Translations under genes and position numbers: made by a program
Notes under the pieces: generated by a model
Told to the model about the DNA's origin: nothing
The model's database searches: none
Seen by the model: only the letters and a program-made list of their open reading frames with translations
In this document: piece after piece, positions 32,289-41,833 of the stretch
How the letters are laid out: each line of letters begins with the position of its first letter
Numbering within the stretch: position 1 is the stretch's first letter
Assembly (NCBI GenBank): GCA_041651395.1
Contig: JBAZJI010000001.1
Span: forward strand, 891,920 to 955,919
DNA length: 64,000 nucleotides
From: Minisyncoccota bacterium
Lineage (GTDB): Bacteria > Patescibacteriota > Minisyncoccia > Minisyncoccales > JAGOPM01
Reading direction: 5' to 3'

Positions 32289-33464
32289 ATGCAGGTCGAT
32301 TTTGAATTAATTAATAAGCTGATAATTGGCGTTATTAATCTAGCCGGGCTCACTCTGGCACTGGCTGTTTTTCTTTCTAATAAGAAAGAAAAGAAAAATA
32401 TAGTATTTTTTTGGTGGGTAGCATCCCTTTTGCTTTGGATTGATGCGGACTTTGCTTCAGGCTTTGGCAGATATATTTTCCCTCCAGAGAATGCGGCTTT
32501 TTATTCCTTATGGGCTGGAAGAATTTGTTGGGTTTTCGTCTCAATATTTTTTATTGCGACATATTATTTTATTTCGTATTTTCCTAAAGAGGGCAAGCGC
32601 AACAAGATAGTGGATTGGTTTTATACTATAAGTTGGTTGATCTGGTTGGTAATTTCTTTAACTCCATTAATAGTATCGGAAGTTGATATTGCCGGGCGGT
32701 TTTCCGTGCAAAAAGGCGGAATTCTTCAGATTCCGGTTTTAATTTGGGCCGCCGCTTCTTTGATATATTATTATTATGTTTTATTCAAAAAATACCCGGA
32801 ATTAGAGCGGCAGGACAAACTCAAAGTCCAATATTTTTTAATCGGCTCCGCTATCTTCGGAGCGGCTGCGACAGTTTTTAATATTATTCTTCCCATTGTG
32901 GCCGGGGGCAATTACCAGAATGCTTATTATATTTATGGCGAGTATTCCAGTATTTTTTTATTAGGGTTTACGGCTTTCGCCATAATCAAGCAACAGCTGT
33001 TTGGTATCAAAGTTATTTTAACCCAAGCTTTGGTGGTGGCTATCGGGCTTATTCTTTTTTTGGTGCCGTTTTTAATCAGCGAAACCGGGTGGCTGAAAAT
33101 TCTGCTTTGGGCGGTATTTTTTGCCTACTGTATTATTGCTTATACCTTGATCAGGAGCATGTCTTTTGAATATTTACAGCGCGCTCTTTTGCAAGATGAA
33201 GTTAAGGCCCAAGTGGCGGAATTGGAAAAAGCCAAAAAGACCCTTGAGGACGCTAAAGTAGTTTTAGAAATCAGGGTTAAGGCGCGCACGCGAGAATTGG
33301 AAGAACTGACTAATAACCTCGATCAACAAGTGAAAAATAGAACCCAGGAGCTGCAAAAAAAGGTAGAAGAATTGGAGCGCGCCAATAAGCTAATGGTTGG
33401 CCGGGAGGTGCGGATGTTGGAAATTAAAAAAGAGCTGGATAAATTAAAGTCGAAAGAGACTTAA
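32289..33464 (+). CDS. Polytopic (about 7-9 TM) membrane protein with a C-terminal signalling-type coiled coil; possible sensor module
   Basis: Hydrophobic N-terminal ~290 aa, then KARTRELEELTNNLDQQVKNRTQELQKKVEELERANKLMVGREVRMLEIKKEL. A histidine kinase gene starts 3 nt downstream. Confidence 0.6.
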   Translation: MQVDFELINKLIIGVINLAGLTLALAVFLSNKKEKKNIVFFWWVASLLLWIDADFASGFGRYIFPPENAAFYSLWAGRICWVFVSIFFIATYYFISYFPKEGKRNKIVDWFYTISWLIWLVISLTPLIVSEVDIAGRFSVQKGGILQIPVLIWAAASLIYYYYVLFKKYPELERQDKLKVQYFLIGSAIFGAAATVFNIILPIVAGGNYQNAYYIYGEYSSIFLLGFTAFAIIKQQLFGIKVILTQALVVAIGLILFLVPFLISETGWLKILLWAVFFAYCIIAYTLIRSMSFEYLQRALLQDEVKAQVAELEKAKKTLEDAKVVLEIRVKARTRELEELTNNLDQQVKNRTQELQKKVEELERANKLMVGREVRMLEIKKELDKLKSKET

Positions 33465-33466
33465 AA

Positions 33467-35410
33467 ATGCCTTCAAGTCTTAGATACAAATTATTGGTAT
33501 TTTTAATCGGCTTTGTTTTGGTGGCGGTTTTAGCCCAAGTGGCGGCCGGGGTTTATGTTTTTCGCAATCAATTAATAGCCAAGGAAAACGATAAGATAAA
33601 GAATTATGCGGAATTTTCCGCCAATAGTTTTCTTGACGCTTACACTAAATACTACCTTAATGATTTCGAAAATTTTCAAACGGCCTCGAAAAAATTATTA
33701 GCCACCATGCCGGTCGTTGAATCGGTGAAAATGGTTGATATTAAAGGTAATATTTTATTTGATACTAAAGATGTTTCGCGTAAAGACTTTCGCACCCTAA
33801 GCGGCTCAGACAAGGATGTTTTAGATGTTATTACTCAGTCTAAAGTTAAAACCATTAACCAAGGGGAGTTGGTTATTAAATTGGTTTATCCGATTATTGA
33901 GGAGTTGGGTTTTCACAAATATACTCTTATTTATTATATTTCTTATGGGCCGGTCATGGATCAGGTAGTGAGCAGCACTATTAAAACTTTTTCTTTTATT
34001 ATCCCGGCCATGATCTTGCTCTTTATTTTAGCGGTCATTTTTATCTTTAGGATTTTAGGGCCGATTTCCGAATTAGATAAAGGGGTAAAAAAGATTAATT
34101 CGGGAAATTTGGATTACAAATTACGTATTGAGGGCGGGGACGAAATCGCGCAGATTGCTCTCGGATTTAATAAGATGGCACAGGATTACAAATACGCCAT
34201 GATTAAATCTCAGCGCGTGGGCCTTTTGGAAGGGGAGGTTAAAGCCCGCCAAAAGGAACTGGAAGACCAATTTAAGGATCTGCAGCTTAAGTCTGAAGAG
34301 ATTGAAAATTTCAAAAAAGCTCTTCTAAATCTTTCTGAAGATGCCACTAATTCCCGCGATTTGGCAATTTCTGAGCGCGATAAGACTTTAGCTATTATTA
34401 ATGGGTTTGCCGATGGAGTGGTTGTCTTTGATAAAGACGACAAAGTCTCTTTGGTAAATCCGCAATTCGAAATTTTTTTTGAACTGAAAAAAGAGGCCAT
34501 TTTGGAGAAAAAACTTTCACAATTAACCCAAGAACCCGCTTTGAATTTTTTAAGCCAGATTTTCCCTAAAGGGGTGGAGTCTTTTTACCGCAAAGAAGTG
34601 CCAATTAGGGAGAGTTTAATTTTGGAAGTTTCTTCCATATATATTAAGAAGGGTGAGGAGATTGGGGCCAAGCTGGTATCTTTTCATGATATTACCAGAG
34701 AGAAGATGGTTGAGCGCACTAAGAGTGAATTTGTTTCTATTGCTGCCCACCAGTTGCGCACGCCGCTCTCGGCTATTAAATGGATTTTTCAAATGATGCG
34801 CGATGGTGATTGGGGAAAAGTTACCAAAGAGCAAGAGGAGTATTTGAATAAAGGCTTTATCTCGACTGAACGGCTTATCCGAGTGGTTAATGATTTGCTT
34901 AATGTCTCTCGTATCGAAGAGGGACGCTTTACGCAAAAAATGGAAAAGATTCAGCTGGAGGACATTGCCAAGAGTGTTTTTGAACAACATTCAAGCTTAG
35001 CGGAAACTAAGAAACTAAAATTCGTTTTTCATAAGCCGGAAAAGGTCTTGCCTTTGATTTCCTTGGATAAGGAACAAATCGGGATCGCCTTGGAGAATTT
35101 AGTAGAAAACGCCATGAATTATACGCCCGAGGGCGGGCTAGTGGAAATGTTCTTAAAATTCAACTCAAGCGCCAAGGAGATAGAGTGCTCTGTCCGGGAT
35201 TCGGGTATCGGCATTCCCCAAGAGCAGCAGAGCAGGATTTTCACGAAATTCTACCGCTCATCCAATGCTTTGCGTCGCGAAACTTCCGGTTCAGGCCTGG
35301 GATTGTTTGTAACTAAAAATATCATTGAAGCGCATGGCGGCCGGATTTGGTTTGATTCTATCGAAGGACAGGGGACAACCTTTTATTTCACTCTGCCGGC
35401 GAATTCCTAA
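33467..35410 (+). CDS. Sensor histidine kinase (2 TM + periplasmic domain, HAMP, PAS, HisKA, HATPase_c)
   Basis: HAMP (ISELDKGVKKINSGNLDYKL..DEIAQIALGFNKM), H-box FVSIAAHQLRTPL, N box LENLVENAMNYTP, and G boxes DSGIGIP, GSGLGLF. Confidence 0.92.
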   Translation: MPSSLRYKLLVFLIGFVLVAVLAQVAAGVYVFRNQLIAKENDKIKNYAEFSANSFLDAYTKYYLNDFENFQTASKKLLATMPVVESVKMVDIKGNILFDTKDVSRKDFRTLSGSDKDVLDVITQSKVKTINQGELVIKLVYPIIEELGFHKYTLIYYISYGPVMDQVVSSTIKTFSFIIPAMILLFILAVIFIFRILGPISELDKGVKKINSGNLDYKLRIEGGDEIAQIALGFNKMAQDYKYAMIKSQRVGLLEGEVKARQKELEDQFKDLQLKSEEIENFKKALLNLSEDATNSRDLAISERDKTLAIINGFADGVVVFDKDDKVSLVNPQFEIFFELKKEAILEKKLSQLTQEPALNFLSQIFPKGVESFYRKEVPIRESLILEVSSIYIKKGEEIGAKLVSFHDITREKMVERTKSEFVSIAAHQLRTPLSAIKWIFQMMRDGDWGKVTKEQEEYLNKGFISTERLIRVVNDLLNVSRIEEGRFTQKMEKIQLEDIAKSVFEQHSSLAETKKLKFVFHKPEKVLPLISLDKEQIGIALENLVENAMNYTPEGGLVEMFLKFNSSAKEIECSVRDSGIGIPQEQQSRIFTKFYRSSNALRRETSGSGLGLFVTKNIIEAHGGRIWFDSIEGQGTTFYFTLPANS

Positions 35411-35454
35411 AGACATTTGCAAACCAGACGCATTTTCATTAAAATGAAACAAAT

Positions 35455-35829
35455 ATGCCCAAAAAGGTATTAATAATCGAAGATGAGGAAATCCTTTCTA
35501 AGCTGCTAAAAAACAAATTACAAGATGAAGGATATGAAGCGGAGGTAGCTTTGGATGGGCAGGAGGGTTTAGCTAAGGCTAAAAGTTTTAAGCCCGATTT
35601 GATTTTGCTTGATATTATAATGCCTAAGGTAAACGGTTTTGAAGTTTTGGAAAAAATAAAAGTTGATTCTGAGCTTAATAAGATTCCGATTATTATTGTT
35701 TCTAATTCCGGGCAACCGGTGGAGTTGGAAAGGGCGCAAAAATTAGGCGCAGTAGACTGGTTGGTTAAAACCGAATTTGATCCCGAGGAAGTAATCGATA
35801 AAGTAATCCGCCAAATAGGAAAAGTTTAA
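35455..35829 (+). CDS. Single-domain response regulator (receiver only)
   Basis: VLIIEDEE.., phospho-acceptor LILLDIIMP, and IIIVSN..K. 124 aa with no output domain. Confidence 0.9.
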   Translation: MPKKVLIIEDEEILSKLLKNKLQDEGYEAEVALDGQEGLAKAKSFKPDLILLDIIMPKVNGFEVLEKIKVDSELNKIPIIIVSNSGQPVELERAQKLGAVDWLVKTEFDPEEVIDKVIRQIGKV

Positions 35830-35839
35830 TTACAAAAAT

Positions 35840-36211
35840 ATGGCAAAAATTTTAATCATAGAAGACGATAGTTTTTTACGGGAGCTTATTGTCAAAAAGC
35901 TGTTTAATGAAGGATTTGAAGTGATTGAAGGAGTTGATGGGGAAGAGGGGTTAAAAAAAGCCCAAGAAGAACCCGGTATCGATATTGTGCTTTTGGACTT
36001 AATTTTGCCGGGCATCGGCGGCTTTGATGTTTTAGCCAAGATGAAGGAAGATGCTAAAACTGCTGCCATTCCTGTTGTTATTTTGTCTAATCTGGGGCAA
36101 AAGGAGGATATTGAGAAAGGCTTGAAACTTGGCGCCATTGATTTTATGATCAAAGCGCACTTTACGCCTTCGGAAATCATTGAGAAGGTAAAGGGCATTT
36201 TGAAAAAATAA
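35840..36211 (+). CDS. Single-domain response regulator (receiver only), paralog of the upstream gene
   Basis: ILIIEDDS.., VLLDLILPG and VVILSNLG..K. 123 aa. Confidence 0.9.
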   Translation: MAKILIIEDDSFLRELIVKKLFNEGFEVIEGVDGEEGLKKAQEEPGIDIVLLDLILPGIGGFDVLAKMKEDAKTAAIPVVILSNLGQKEDIEKGLKLGAIDFMIKAHFTPSEIIEKVKGILKK

Positions 36212-36217
36212 TTTTCT

Positions 36218-37093
36218 ATGCCTGAACTTCCTGAAGTTCAAACAATAGTGACTCAGCTCAATCACAAGGTCCTTCGCAGGACCTTTGTTGATATTTGGAC
36301 TGACGCTCCTAAACTTTTTAAGAATCCAAAATTTGAAAGATTCAAAAAAGAGTTAAAGGGTAAAAAAATAAATAAAATAGAGCGGCTGGGTAAAAATATT
36401 TTGTTTTATTTAAGCGGGGGCAAGATTATGCTGGCGCATATGAAAATGACCGGGCATTTGCTTTACGGGCAATGGGAGCTAAAAAATGGGAAGTGGCTGT
36501 CATTAAATGTCGGTCCGCTTCAAGATGATTGGACAAACCAATTTATTCACGTAATGTTTTTTTTGGATAAAAAAGGCATGCTGGCCTTAACAGATATCCG
36601 GAAATTTGCTAAATTAGAAATTTTTAATGCCCAAGATTTAGCCGAGCAAAAGGGTTTGCAGCTCGGACCCGATCCCCTTAAGCCCGGGTTTACTTTGGCG
36701 GTTTTCCAAAATGTTTTAAGCCGGAAACCACAAGGCAAAATAAAGCAAGTGTTGATGGATCAAAATATTATTGCCGGGATCGGCAATATCTATTCAGACG
36801 AAATCCTGTGGGCGGCCAGAGTTCACCCCTTGGCAAAAATTTCAACCCTATCCAAAGTTCAGCTGAAAAATTTATATAAATATTGCATCGCCATTCTAAA
36901 AAAAGCAGTGGAGCTTAGAGGCGAAAGTTTTTCGGATTACCGCGACACCTCGGGGGAGAAGGGTAATTTCGATATAGCTAGAAAAGTCTACGGTCGGGAC
37001 AAATTGATTTGCTTTCGTTGCAAAAATAAATTAAATACAGTTAAGGTGGGCGGGCGGACGGCCCGGTTTTGTCCGCGTTGTCAAAAACCGTAA
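36218..37093 (+). CDS. mutM: Formamidopyrimidine-DNA glycosylase (Fpg/MutM)
   Basis: MPELPEVQT N-terminus, H2TH motif GIGNIYSDEILW, and C-terminal zinc finger CFRCKN...CPRCQ. Confidence 0.93.
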   Translation: MPELPEVQTIVTQLNHKVLRRTFVDIWTDAPKLFKNPKFERFKKELKGKKINKIERLGKNILFYLSGGKIMLAHMKMTGHLLYGQWELKNGKWLSLNVGPLQDDWTNQFIHVMFFLDKKGMLALTDIRKFAKLEIFNAQDLAEQKGLQLGPDPLKPGFTLAVFQNVLSRKPQGKIKQVLMDQNIIAGIGNIYSDEILWAARVHPLAKISTLSKVQLKNLYKYCIAILKKAVELRGESFSDYRDTSGEKGNFDIARKVYGRDKLICFRCKNKLNTVKVGGRTARFCPRCQKP

Positions 37094-37098
37094 TAAAT

Positions 37099-38043
37099 AT
37101 GATTTATCTGATTTTTGGAGAAAATAATTTTGAGGCCAAGAGGGAGCTTTTCGCCCTTGTTTCCAAGTTACAGGCTAAAAATAAAAATTTACCTTTAGAG
37201 ATTTTAGATTTTTCTAAAAAAATAGATTTCAAATATTTCAAAGAAATTTTGCGCAGTGACTCACTTTTTAGCTCTAAAAAATTGTGCGTGGCTTACGATT
37301 TGATAGCTAATATTGATGCTGATTTTAAGGAGAAATTTCAAAAAGAGCGCAAGAATATTTTAGAGAATACGGATAATATCGTGGTGTTTTTCGAATCGCA
37401 GATGCCACGCAAAAATGATGCTATTTTAACTTATTTGCAAAAAATCGGTGAAGCCAAGGAATGCAAGCAGCTTTCCGGTTCGGCTTTAGAAAAGTGGATT
37501 ATCGCAGAACTAAAGGAAATGGGCGCCAAGGCCGAAAGCTTGGCCGTGAAATTTCTCGCGGTTAACTGCGGTCATGATACTTGGTTGCTCTATCACGAGT
37601 TGCAAAAATTAGCGGCCTATAAAGATGGCCAAGGGATTTCTCTTCAAGATTGCCAGAAAATGGTTAAGGTCAATGTACAGTTAAATATTTTTCAAACCAT
37701 GGATGCGCTGCTGGGAGGGGATAAGGCCCAGGCTATGTCTTTATTGCGCCGCCATTTGAAAAACGGCGAAAACCCACAGGCCATGCTTGGTATGATTGCC
37801 TCCCAAATCCGCAACGTATTGGTTGTAAAAGATTTACAGGAGCGCGGTTTGGGCCAGCGCGAAGCCGCTACCGAGCTTAAAATGCACCCCTTTGTTGCCC
37901 AAAAAGCCGCCCAGAAAGCGCACGACTATAGTCTTTTGCAATTAAAAGATATTTACAAAAAATTGCTCGACTTGGATATTCAAGCTAAAACCGGGCAGAT
38001 AGACCCGGAGTTAGTGCTGGAATTGGTTGTTAATATGGTCTAA
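37099..38043 (+). CDS. holA: DNA polymerase III delta subunit
   Basis: ATG at 37099 gives MIYLIFGENNFEAKREL. Typical holA length, with a LQKLAAY..IFQTMDAL.. helical C-terminal domain. Confidence 0.8.
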   Translation: MIYLIFGENNFEAKRELFALVSKLQAKNKNLPLEILDFSKKIDFKYFKEILRSDSLFSSKKLCVAYDLIANIDADFKEKFQKERKNILENTDNIVVFFESQMPRKNDAILTYLQKIGEAKECKQLSGSALEKWIIAELKEMGAKAESLAVKFLAVNCGHDTWLLYHELQKLAAYKDGQGISLQDCQKMVKVNVQLNIFQTMDALLGGDKAQAMSLLRRHLKNGENPQAMLGMIASQIRNVLVVKDLQERGLGQREAATELKMHPFVAQKAAQKAHDYSLLQLKDIYKKLLDLDIQAKTGQIDPELVLELVVNMV

Positions 38044-38046
38044 AAA

Positions 38047-38076
38047 ATCCCTCTGCCGGTTGGCGGAGGGATTTTT
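38047..38076. terminator. Bidirectional intrinsic terminator between holA and rpsT
   Basis: atccctctgcc-ggtt-ggcggagggat hairpin followed by TTTTT, with an A run upstream. Confidence 0.85.
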
Positions 38077-38085
38077 AGTTTGAAG

Positions 38086-38337
38086 TTATTTGAGCTTTTT
38101 GGCGATGCGCGCCTTTTTGCGGGCTGCAGCATTTTTGGCAATAATATTCCTTTTAGCCATCTTGTCGGCAAGCTTCATGTATTTAGGAAAGAGTTTTTTG
38201 GCCTCATCCTTGTTGGCGGAGCATAAATCAATGATTTCTTTTTCTAAATCATGGAGCTCACGCTTTTGCTTGGCATTAACGAGCTTAGCCTTCAAGTTTT
38301 GCCTCAGAGCCTTTTTGGCTGAAGTTGTAATCGGCAT
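38086..38337 (-). CDS. rpsT: 30S ribosomal protein S20
   Basis: MPITTSAKKALRQNLKAKLVNAKQKR..; 83 aa, basic and helical. Confidence 0.93.
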   Translation of the reverse strand: MPITTSAKKALRQNLKAKLVNAKQKRELHDLEKEIIDLCSANKDEAKKLFPKYMKLADKMAKRNIIAKNAAARKKARIAKKLK

Positions 38338-38395
38338 ATCTGTTTACCAATAAAATAACATATAAATTGAAATTTAGCAAGAGGGGAAGAGGAGA

Positions 38396-38425
38396 TTGCT
38401 TTTAGGGCGTAAACTTTATTATAAT
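38396..38425 (+). promoter_or_regulatory. ruvA promoter TTGCTT-18-TATAAT placed for a leaderless mRNA
   Basis: TATAAT lies at 38420-38425. The A of the ruvA ATG (38432) is exactly 7 nt downstream. Confidence 0.5.
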
Positions 38426-38431
38426 TAAGCC

Positions 38432-39001
38432 ATGATTTCTTACCTGAAGGGCAAAATCATTTCTAAGGGCTTGAACTATGCTGTTTTGGAGGCTAATGGT
38501 ATTGGTTTTAAGGTTTTTATGCCCGAAAGGGATCTAAATAAGCTCTCGCGAGGCACGCAAACCGAGCTTTATACGAGCTTGGAAATTAAGCGGGATGGCT
38601 TTGAATTATATGGCTTTTGTGAGGAGAGTGGTTTGGAGCTTTTTGAAACTCTAAGCAGTATTTCCGGCTTTGGCCCTAAAGCCTCCTTAAAAGTTGCCTC
38701 ACTTGGGACTCTTGATGATTTGCGCCAAGCGATTGAGTGTAACGATGAGGGTTTTTTTGCTCAAATCAAAGGAGTGGGGACTAAAAAAATTCAGAAAGTT
38801 ATTTTGGAATTAAGCGGTAAAATCAGTTCTTTGAAGGCGGGCCAAAAAGCGTTTTCTCCGGAAGAAAAAAAGATAATCGATACGCTTGTCTCTTTGGGTT
38901 TTGAAGCCAAAGATGCCGGAGAGCTGGTGAAGAATATTCCCAAAGAAGTTGAGGGCATAAAAGATAAAGTGAAATGGTGTTTGAAAAATATCGGTAAATA
39001 A
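38432..39001 (+). CDS. ruvA: Holliday junction DNA helicase subunit RuvA
   Basis: MISYLKGKI.., GIGFKVFMP, HhH motifs ISGFGPKASLKV and IKGVGTKKIQKV, and a C-terminal domain III. Confidence 0.93.
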   Translation: MISYLKGKIISKGLNYAVLEANGIGFKVFMPERDLNKLSRGTQTELYTSLEIKRDGFELYGFCEESGLELFETLSSISGFGPKASLKVASLGTLDDLRQAIECNDEGFFAQIKGVGTKKIQKVILELSGKISSLKAGQKAFSPEEKKIIDTLVSLGFEAKDAGELVKNIPKEVEGIKDKVKWCLKNIGK

Positions 39002-39002
39002 G

Positions 39003-40265
39003 ATGACTATCAGCAAATATTTTCCCAAATCCTTGGTGAATTTTTATCATTTTTGTTTGGCTTGGATTGGTTCGCGCCTTTATGGTAGTCCTTCGCAGGA
39101 GCTCAAAGTAATCGGCGTAACTGGGACCAATGGCAAAACAACAGTGGTGGAAATGCTTTCTTTTGCGCTTAAAGAGGCCGGCTTTCGCGTGGCTAGCGCC
39201 TCTTCTATCCAATTCCGCTTAGGGGATAATTTTCGTTCTAATAAAACCCGCATGACCATGCCGGGTAGGTTTTTTGTGCAAAAATTTTTAAGCGAAGCCC
39301 AGGAACAAAATTGCCAGTATGCGGTTTTAGAAATTACATCGCAGGGGATAGAGCAAAGCCGCCACTCTTTTATTGATTTTGATGCGGTTATTTTTACGAA
39401 TTTGAGCCCTGAACATATTGAAGCGCACGGTGGATTTGAAAATTATAAGAACGCCAAAGGGCGCCTCTTCAAAGAAACGCCTCGGGCTATCCATATAGTC
39501 AACACTGACGACAAAGAGGCAAAATATTTTTTGGATTTTGCGGCCAGGCAAAAGATTGGCTACTGCGTGGATGATAAAAACGAAAAGCCCGCTATTGATA
39601 AAATAATCAAAGCTGATGATTTTAAGGTTGGGACTATGGGAGTAGAGTTCAAAGTAAAAGGGCAGCAGTTTGACGTTAACTTAGTCGGGGAATATAACGG
39701 CTATAATGCCTTGGCTGTTGTCGCTTATTTGTTAGAGCAGGGTGTTGATTTGCCGCGTTTGAGTAATATTTTATTTAAGTTCAAAAAGATTGATGGCCGG
39801 GGAGAAGAGGTGATGGATAGTCCTTTTCGGGTGATTGTTGATTATGCGTTTACGCCTATTGCTTTGGAACTTTTATATAAAACCTTAAAGCCGCAGGCCA
39901 AAAAATTGATTGCGGTTTTGGGCTCGGCGGGGGGCGGGCGCGATAAATGGAAGCGCCCGGCTCTTGGGGAAATTGCCGATAGATACGCTGAAGAAATTAT
40001 TATCACCAATGAAGATCCTTTTGATGAGGATCCTATGCAGATAATCGAGGATGTGGCCAAAGGGGTTAAAGCGCGCGAAGCTAAAAAAATATACGATCGC
40101 CGCGAAGCCATCAGGATGGCTCTATCCCTAGCGCAACCTGGCGACATAGTGGTTATTACGGGCAAAGGTTGCGAGCCAAGCATTGAAGAAAAGGGCAAAA
40201 AAATCCCTTGGGACGACAGGGAAGTAGTAAAGCAGGAATACAAAAAGTTAAGGAATGATTTATAA
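39003..40265 (+). CDS. murE: Mur ligase family protein, MurE-like (short N-terminus)
   Basis: VIGVTGTNGKTTV, LEITSQGIEQSRH, IFTNLSPEHIEAHGGFENYKNAKGRLF, and C-terminal GSAGGGRDKWKRP. The exact substrate cannot be assigned. Confidence 0.7.
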   Translation: MTISKYFPKSLVNFYHFCLAWIGSRLYGSPSQELKVIGVTGTNGKTTVVEMLSFALKEAGFRVASASSIQFRLGDNFRSNKTRMTMPGRFFVQKFLSEAQEQNCQYAVLEITSQGIEQSRHSFIDFDAVIFTNLSPEHIEAHGGFENYKNAKGRLFKETPRAIHIVNTDDKEAKYFLDFAARQKIGYCVDDKNEKPAIDKIIKADDFKVGTMGVEFKVKGQQFDVNLVGEYNGYNALAVVAYLLEQGVDLPRLSNILFKFKKIDGRGEEVMDSPFRVIVDYAFTPIALELLYKTLKPQAKKLIAVLGSAGGGRDKWKRPALGEIADRYAEEIIITNEDPFDEDPMQIIEDVAKGVKAREAKKIYDRREAIRMALSLAQPGDIVVITGKGCEPSIEEKGKKIPWDDREVVKQEYKKLRNDL

Positions 40266-41831
40266 TTCCTTAATCATATAAGTCCCTGAAAGCTTGTAGT
40301 CGAATTTGCGATAATAGTCGCGGACTCCCACTCCGGAGATAACCGCGATTTTTTTATAGCCGTTCTTTTTGGCGATTTGCTCGGCAATCTCTAAAAGTTT
40401 TCTACCCAGGCCCTGGTGCTGGCTGGCCGACTTTTCTTTTTTAGAAACCTCTAATTGCTGGCCATAGGTATGGACTTCGCGGATAAGGGCGGCATCTTTT
40501 AATTCTGGCAAAATAGCTTCGCCAAATGGCAGGCGCAGCCTTAAAAGGCTTATCAGCTTAGTGCGTTCTTTATTCTCAAAAGATAAAAAGAATTCTTGCC
40601 CTTCGCCGGCTTGGTATTTTTCGATAAAAAGTTCCAAGGAGTTTTCTTTAAGCTTTTCTCCTTTGATTTCCCGGCAGCGGATACAATGGCAGGCTTTATT
40701 TGCTTTCTTTAAGTCTTCTAAAATATGCTGGCGCAAGTTAGTGACTTTAGCTGCCTCATTAAGAGCATACTGTGAGGGAATGTCGCGGATAACGCGCTCC
40801 ACTCTAACATAGTAGGGAAGGCTGCATTTTATTTGGGCCAAGAGAGCGCTTAGTTCTTCAAGGGTATAAGACTTAAATTTTTTGTTTTTCCAGAGTTTAT
40901 AAAGTGGCGCTTCTTTCAAGACGGCCAAGGGGTAGATTTTCAAAAAGTCTGGTTGGAAGCGGCTATCGTTAAAAAGAATTTCAAACATTTCTAAATCTTT
41001 GCAGAAATTCGAACCGGGGAGGTTGGGCATTATTTGATAGGCGATTTTGAAACCGGCATTGCGTAAAAGTTTTGTAGCTAAAATTGTTTTGTCGCTTAAA
41101 TGCCCGCGTTTGTTTAGTTCTAAAACATTATCGAAAATGGACTGGACGCCTAATTCTACCTTAGTGACGCCCAATTCACGCAAGAATTTGATTTCTTTTA
41201 TATCAATGCAATCTGGCCTAGTTTCAACGGCAATACCGATAATCCTGTGCTTGGCTTTTTCGTTCTTTTTTTGCTCTTGGGCTAAGGTAGCAACTTTTGT
41301 TTTAGACAAATTACAAGCAGCAAAACAATCGCGAATAAATTTGGTTCTATATTGTTTAGGGTATGCGCTCCAAGTGGCGCCGATTATGCGCAGATCGATT
41401 TTATCCGTGGCGTGCCCGCTTTGGCTTAAAACTTCCAGGCGCTGGGCAACTTGCTTGGTTGCGTCAAATTTCAAATCAAAAGCGCGCTGGGCCGCCGGCT
41501 CGCCTTTAAGATAGCTTTTGGGCATGCCGCTTTGCTGTGGGCAATAAAGGCAGCGCCCCGGGCACTCATAAGGCTTGGTTAAAACCGAAATATTAACAAT
41601 GCCGGAAAGCGAGCGCACTGGGCGTTTGATAAAAAGTTTTCTAATGGCTGGGTTATCCTTAATTTTGCCAGTTTTAAGCAGTTTATGGTATGCTGAAAGC
41701 AGGGAAACGTTAGAGATGTTTTGAAGTTTGAATTTTTTGCTGAATTCGCGCTTAAAGCGTGCCAAATCCTCCGCAGTATTGGGCTGGGATTTGATGAACT
41801 CTATGACTGCTTGCTCAATTAAGTTTTTCAT
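40260..41831 (-). CDS. elp3: Elp3-type radical-SAM + GNAT enzyme (tRNA U34 carboxymethylation family)
   Basis: Radical-SAM cluster motif CPGRCLYCP, TIM-barrel core (RIIGIAVETRPD, ELGVQS), and C-terminal GNAT QHQGLGRKLLEIAEQIAKKNGYKKIAVISGVGVRDYYRKFDY. 523 aa, the canonical Elp3 architecture. Confidence 0.85.
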   Translation of the reverse strand: MKNLIEQAVIEFIKSQPNTAEDLARFKREFSKKFKLQNISNVSLLSAYHKLLKTGKIKDNPAIRKLFIKRPVRSLSGIVNISVLTKPYECPGRCLYCPQQSGMPKSYLKGEPAAQRAFDLKFDATKQVAQRLEVLSQSGHATDKIDLRIIGATWSAYPKQYRTKFIRDCFAACNLSKTKVATLAQEQKKNEKAKHRIIGIAVETRPDCIDIKEIKFLRELGVTKVELGVQSIFDNVLELNKRGHLSDKTILATKLLRNAGFKIAYQIMPNLPGSNFCKDLEMFEILFNDSRFQPDFLKIYPLAVLKEAPLYKLWKNKKFKSYTLEELSALLAQIKCSLPYYVRVERVIRDIPSQYALNEAAKVTNLRQHILEDLKKANKACHCIRCREIKGEKLKENSLELFIEKYQAGEGQEFFLSFENKERTKLISLLRLRLPFGEAILPELKDAALIREVHTYGQQLEVSKKEKSASQHQGLGRKLLEIAEQIAKKNGYKKIAVISGVGVRDYYRKFDYKLSGTYMIKEL

Positions 41832-41833
41832 TT

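Noticed and set aside
40260-40265. Convergent 6-bp overlap of the murE-like and elp3 genes (the palindrome TTATAA holds the elp3 stop and part of the murE-like stop), with no terminator between them.
   Set aside because: It is real in the sequence but is most simply a by-product of genome compaction. There is no evidence for a specific regulatory role.
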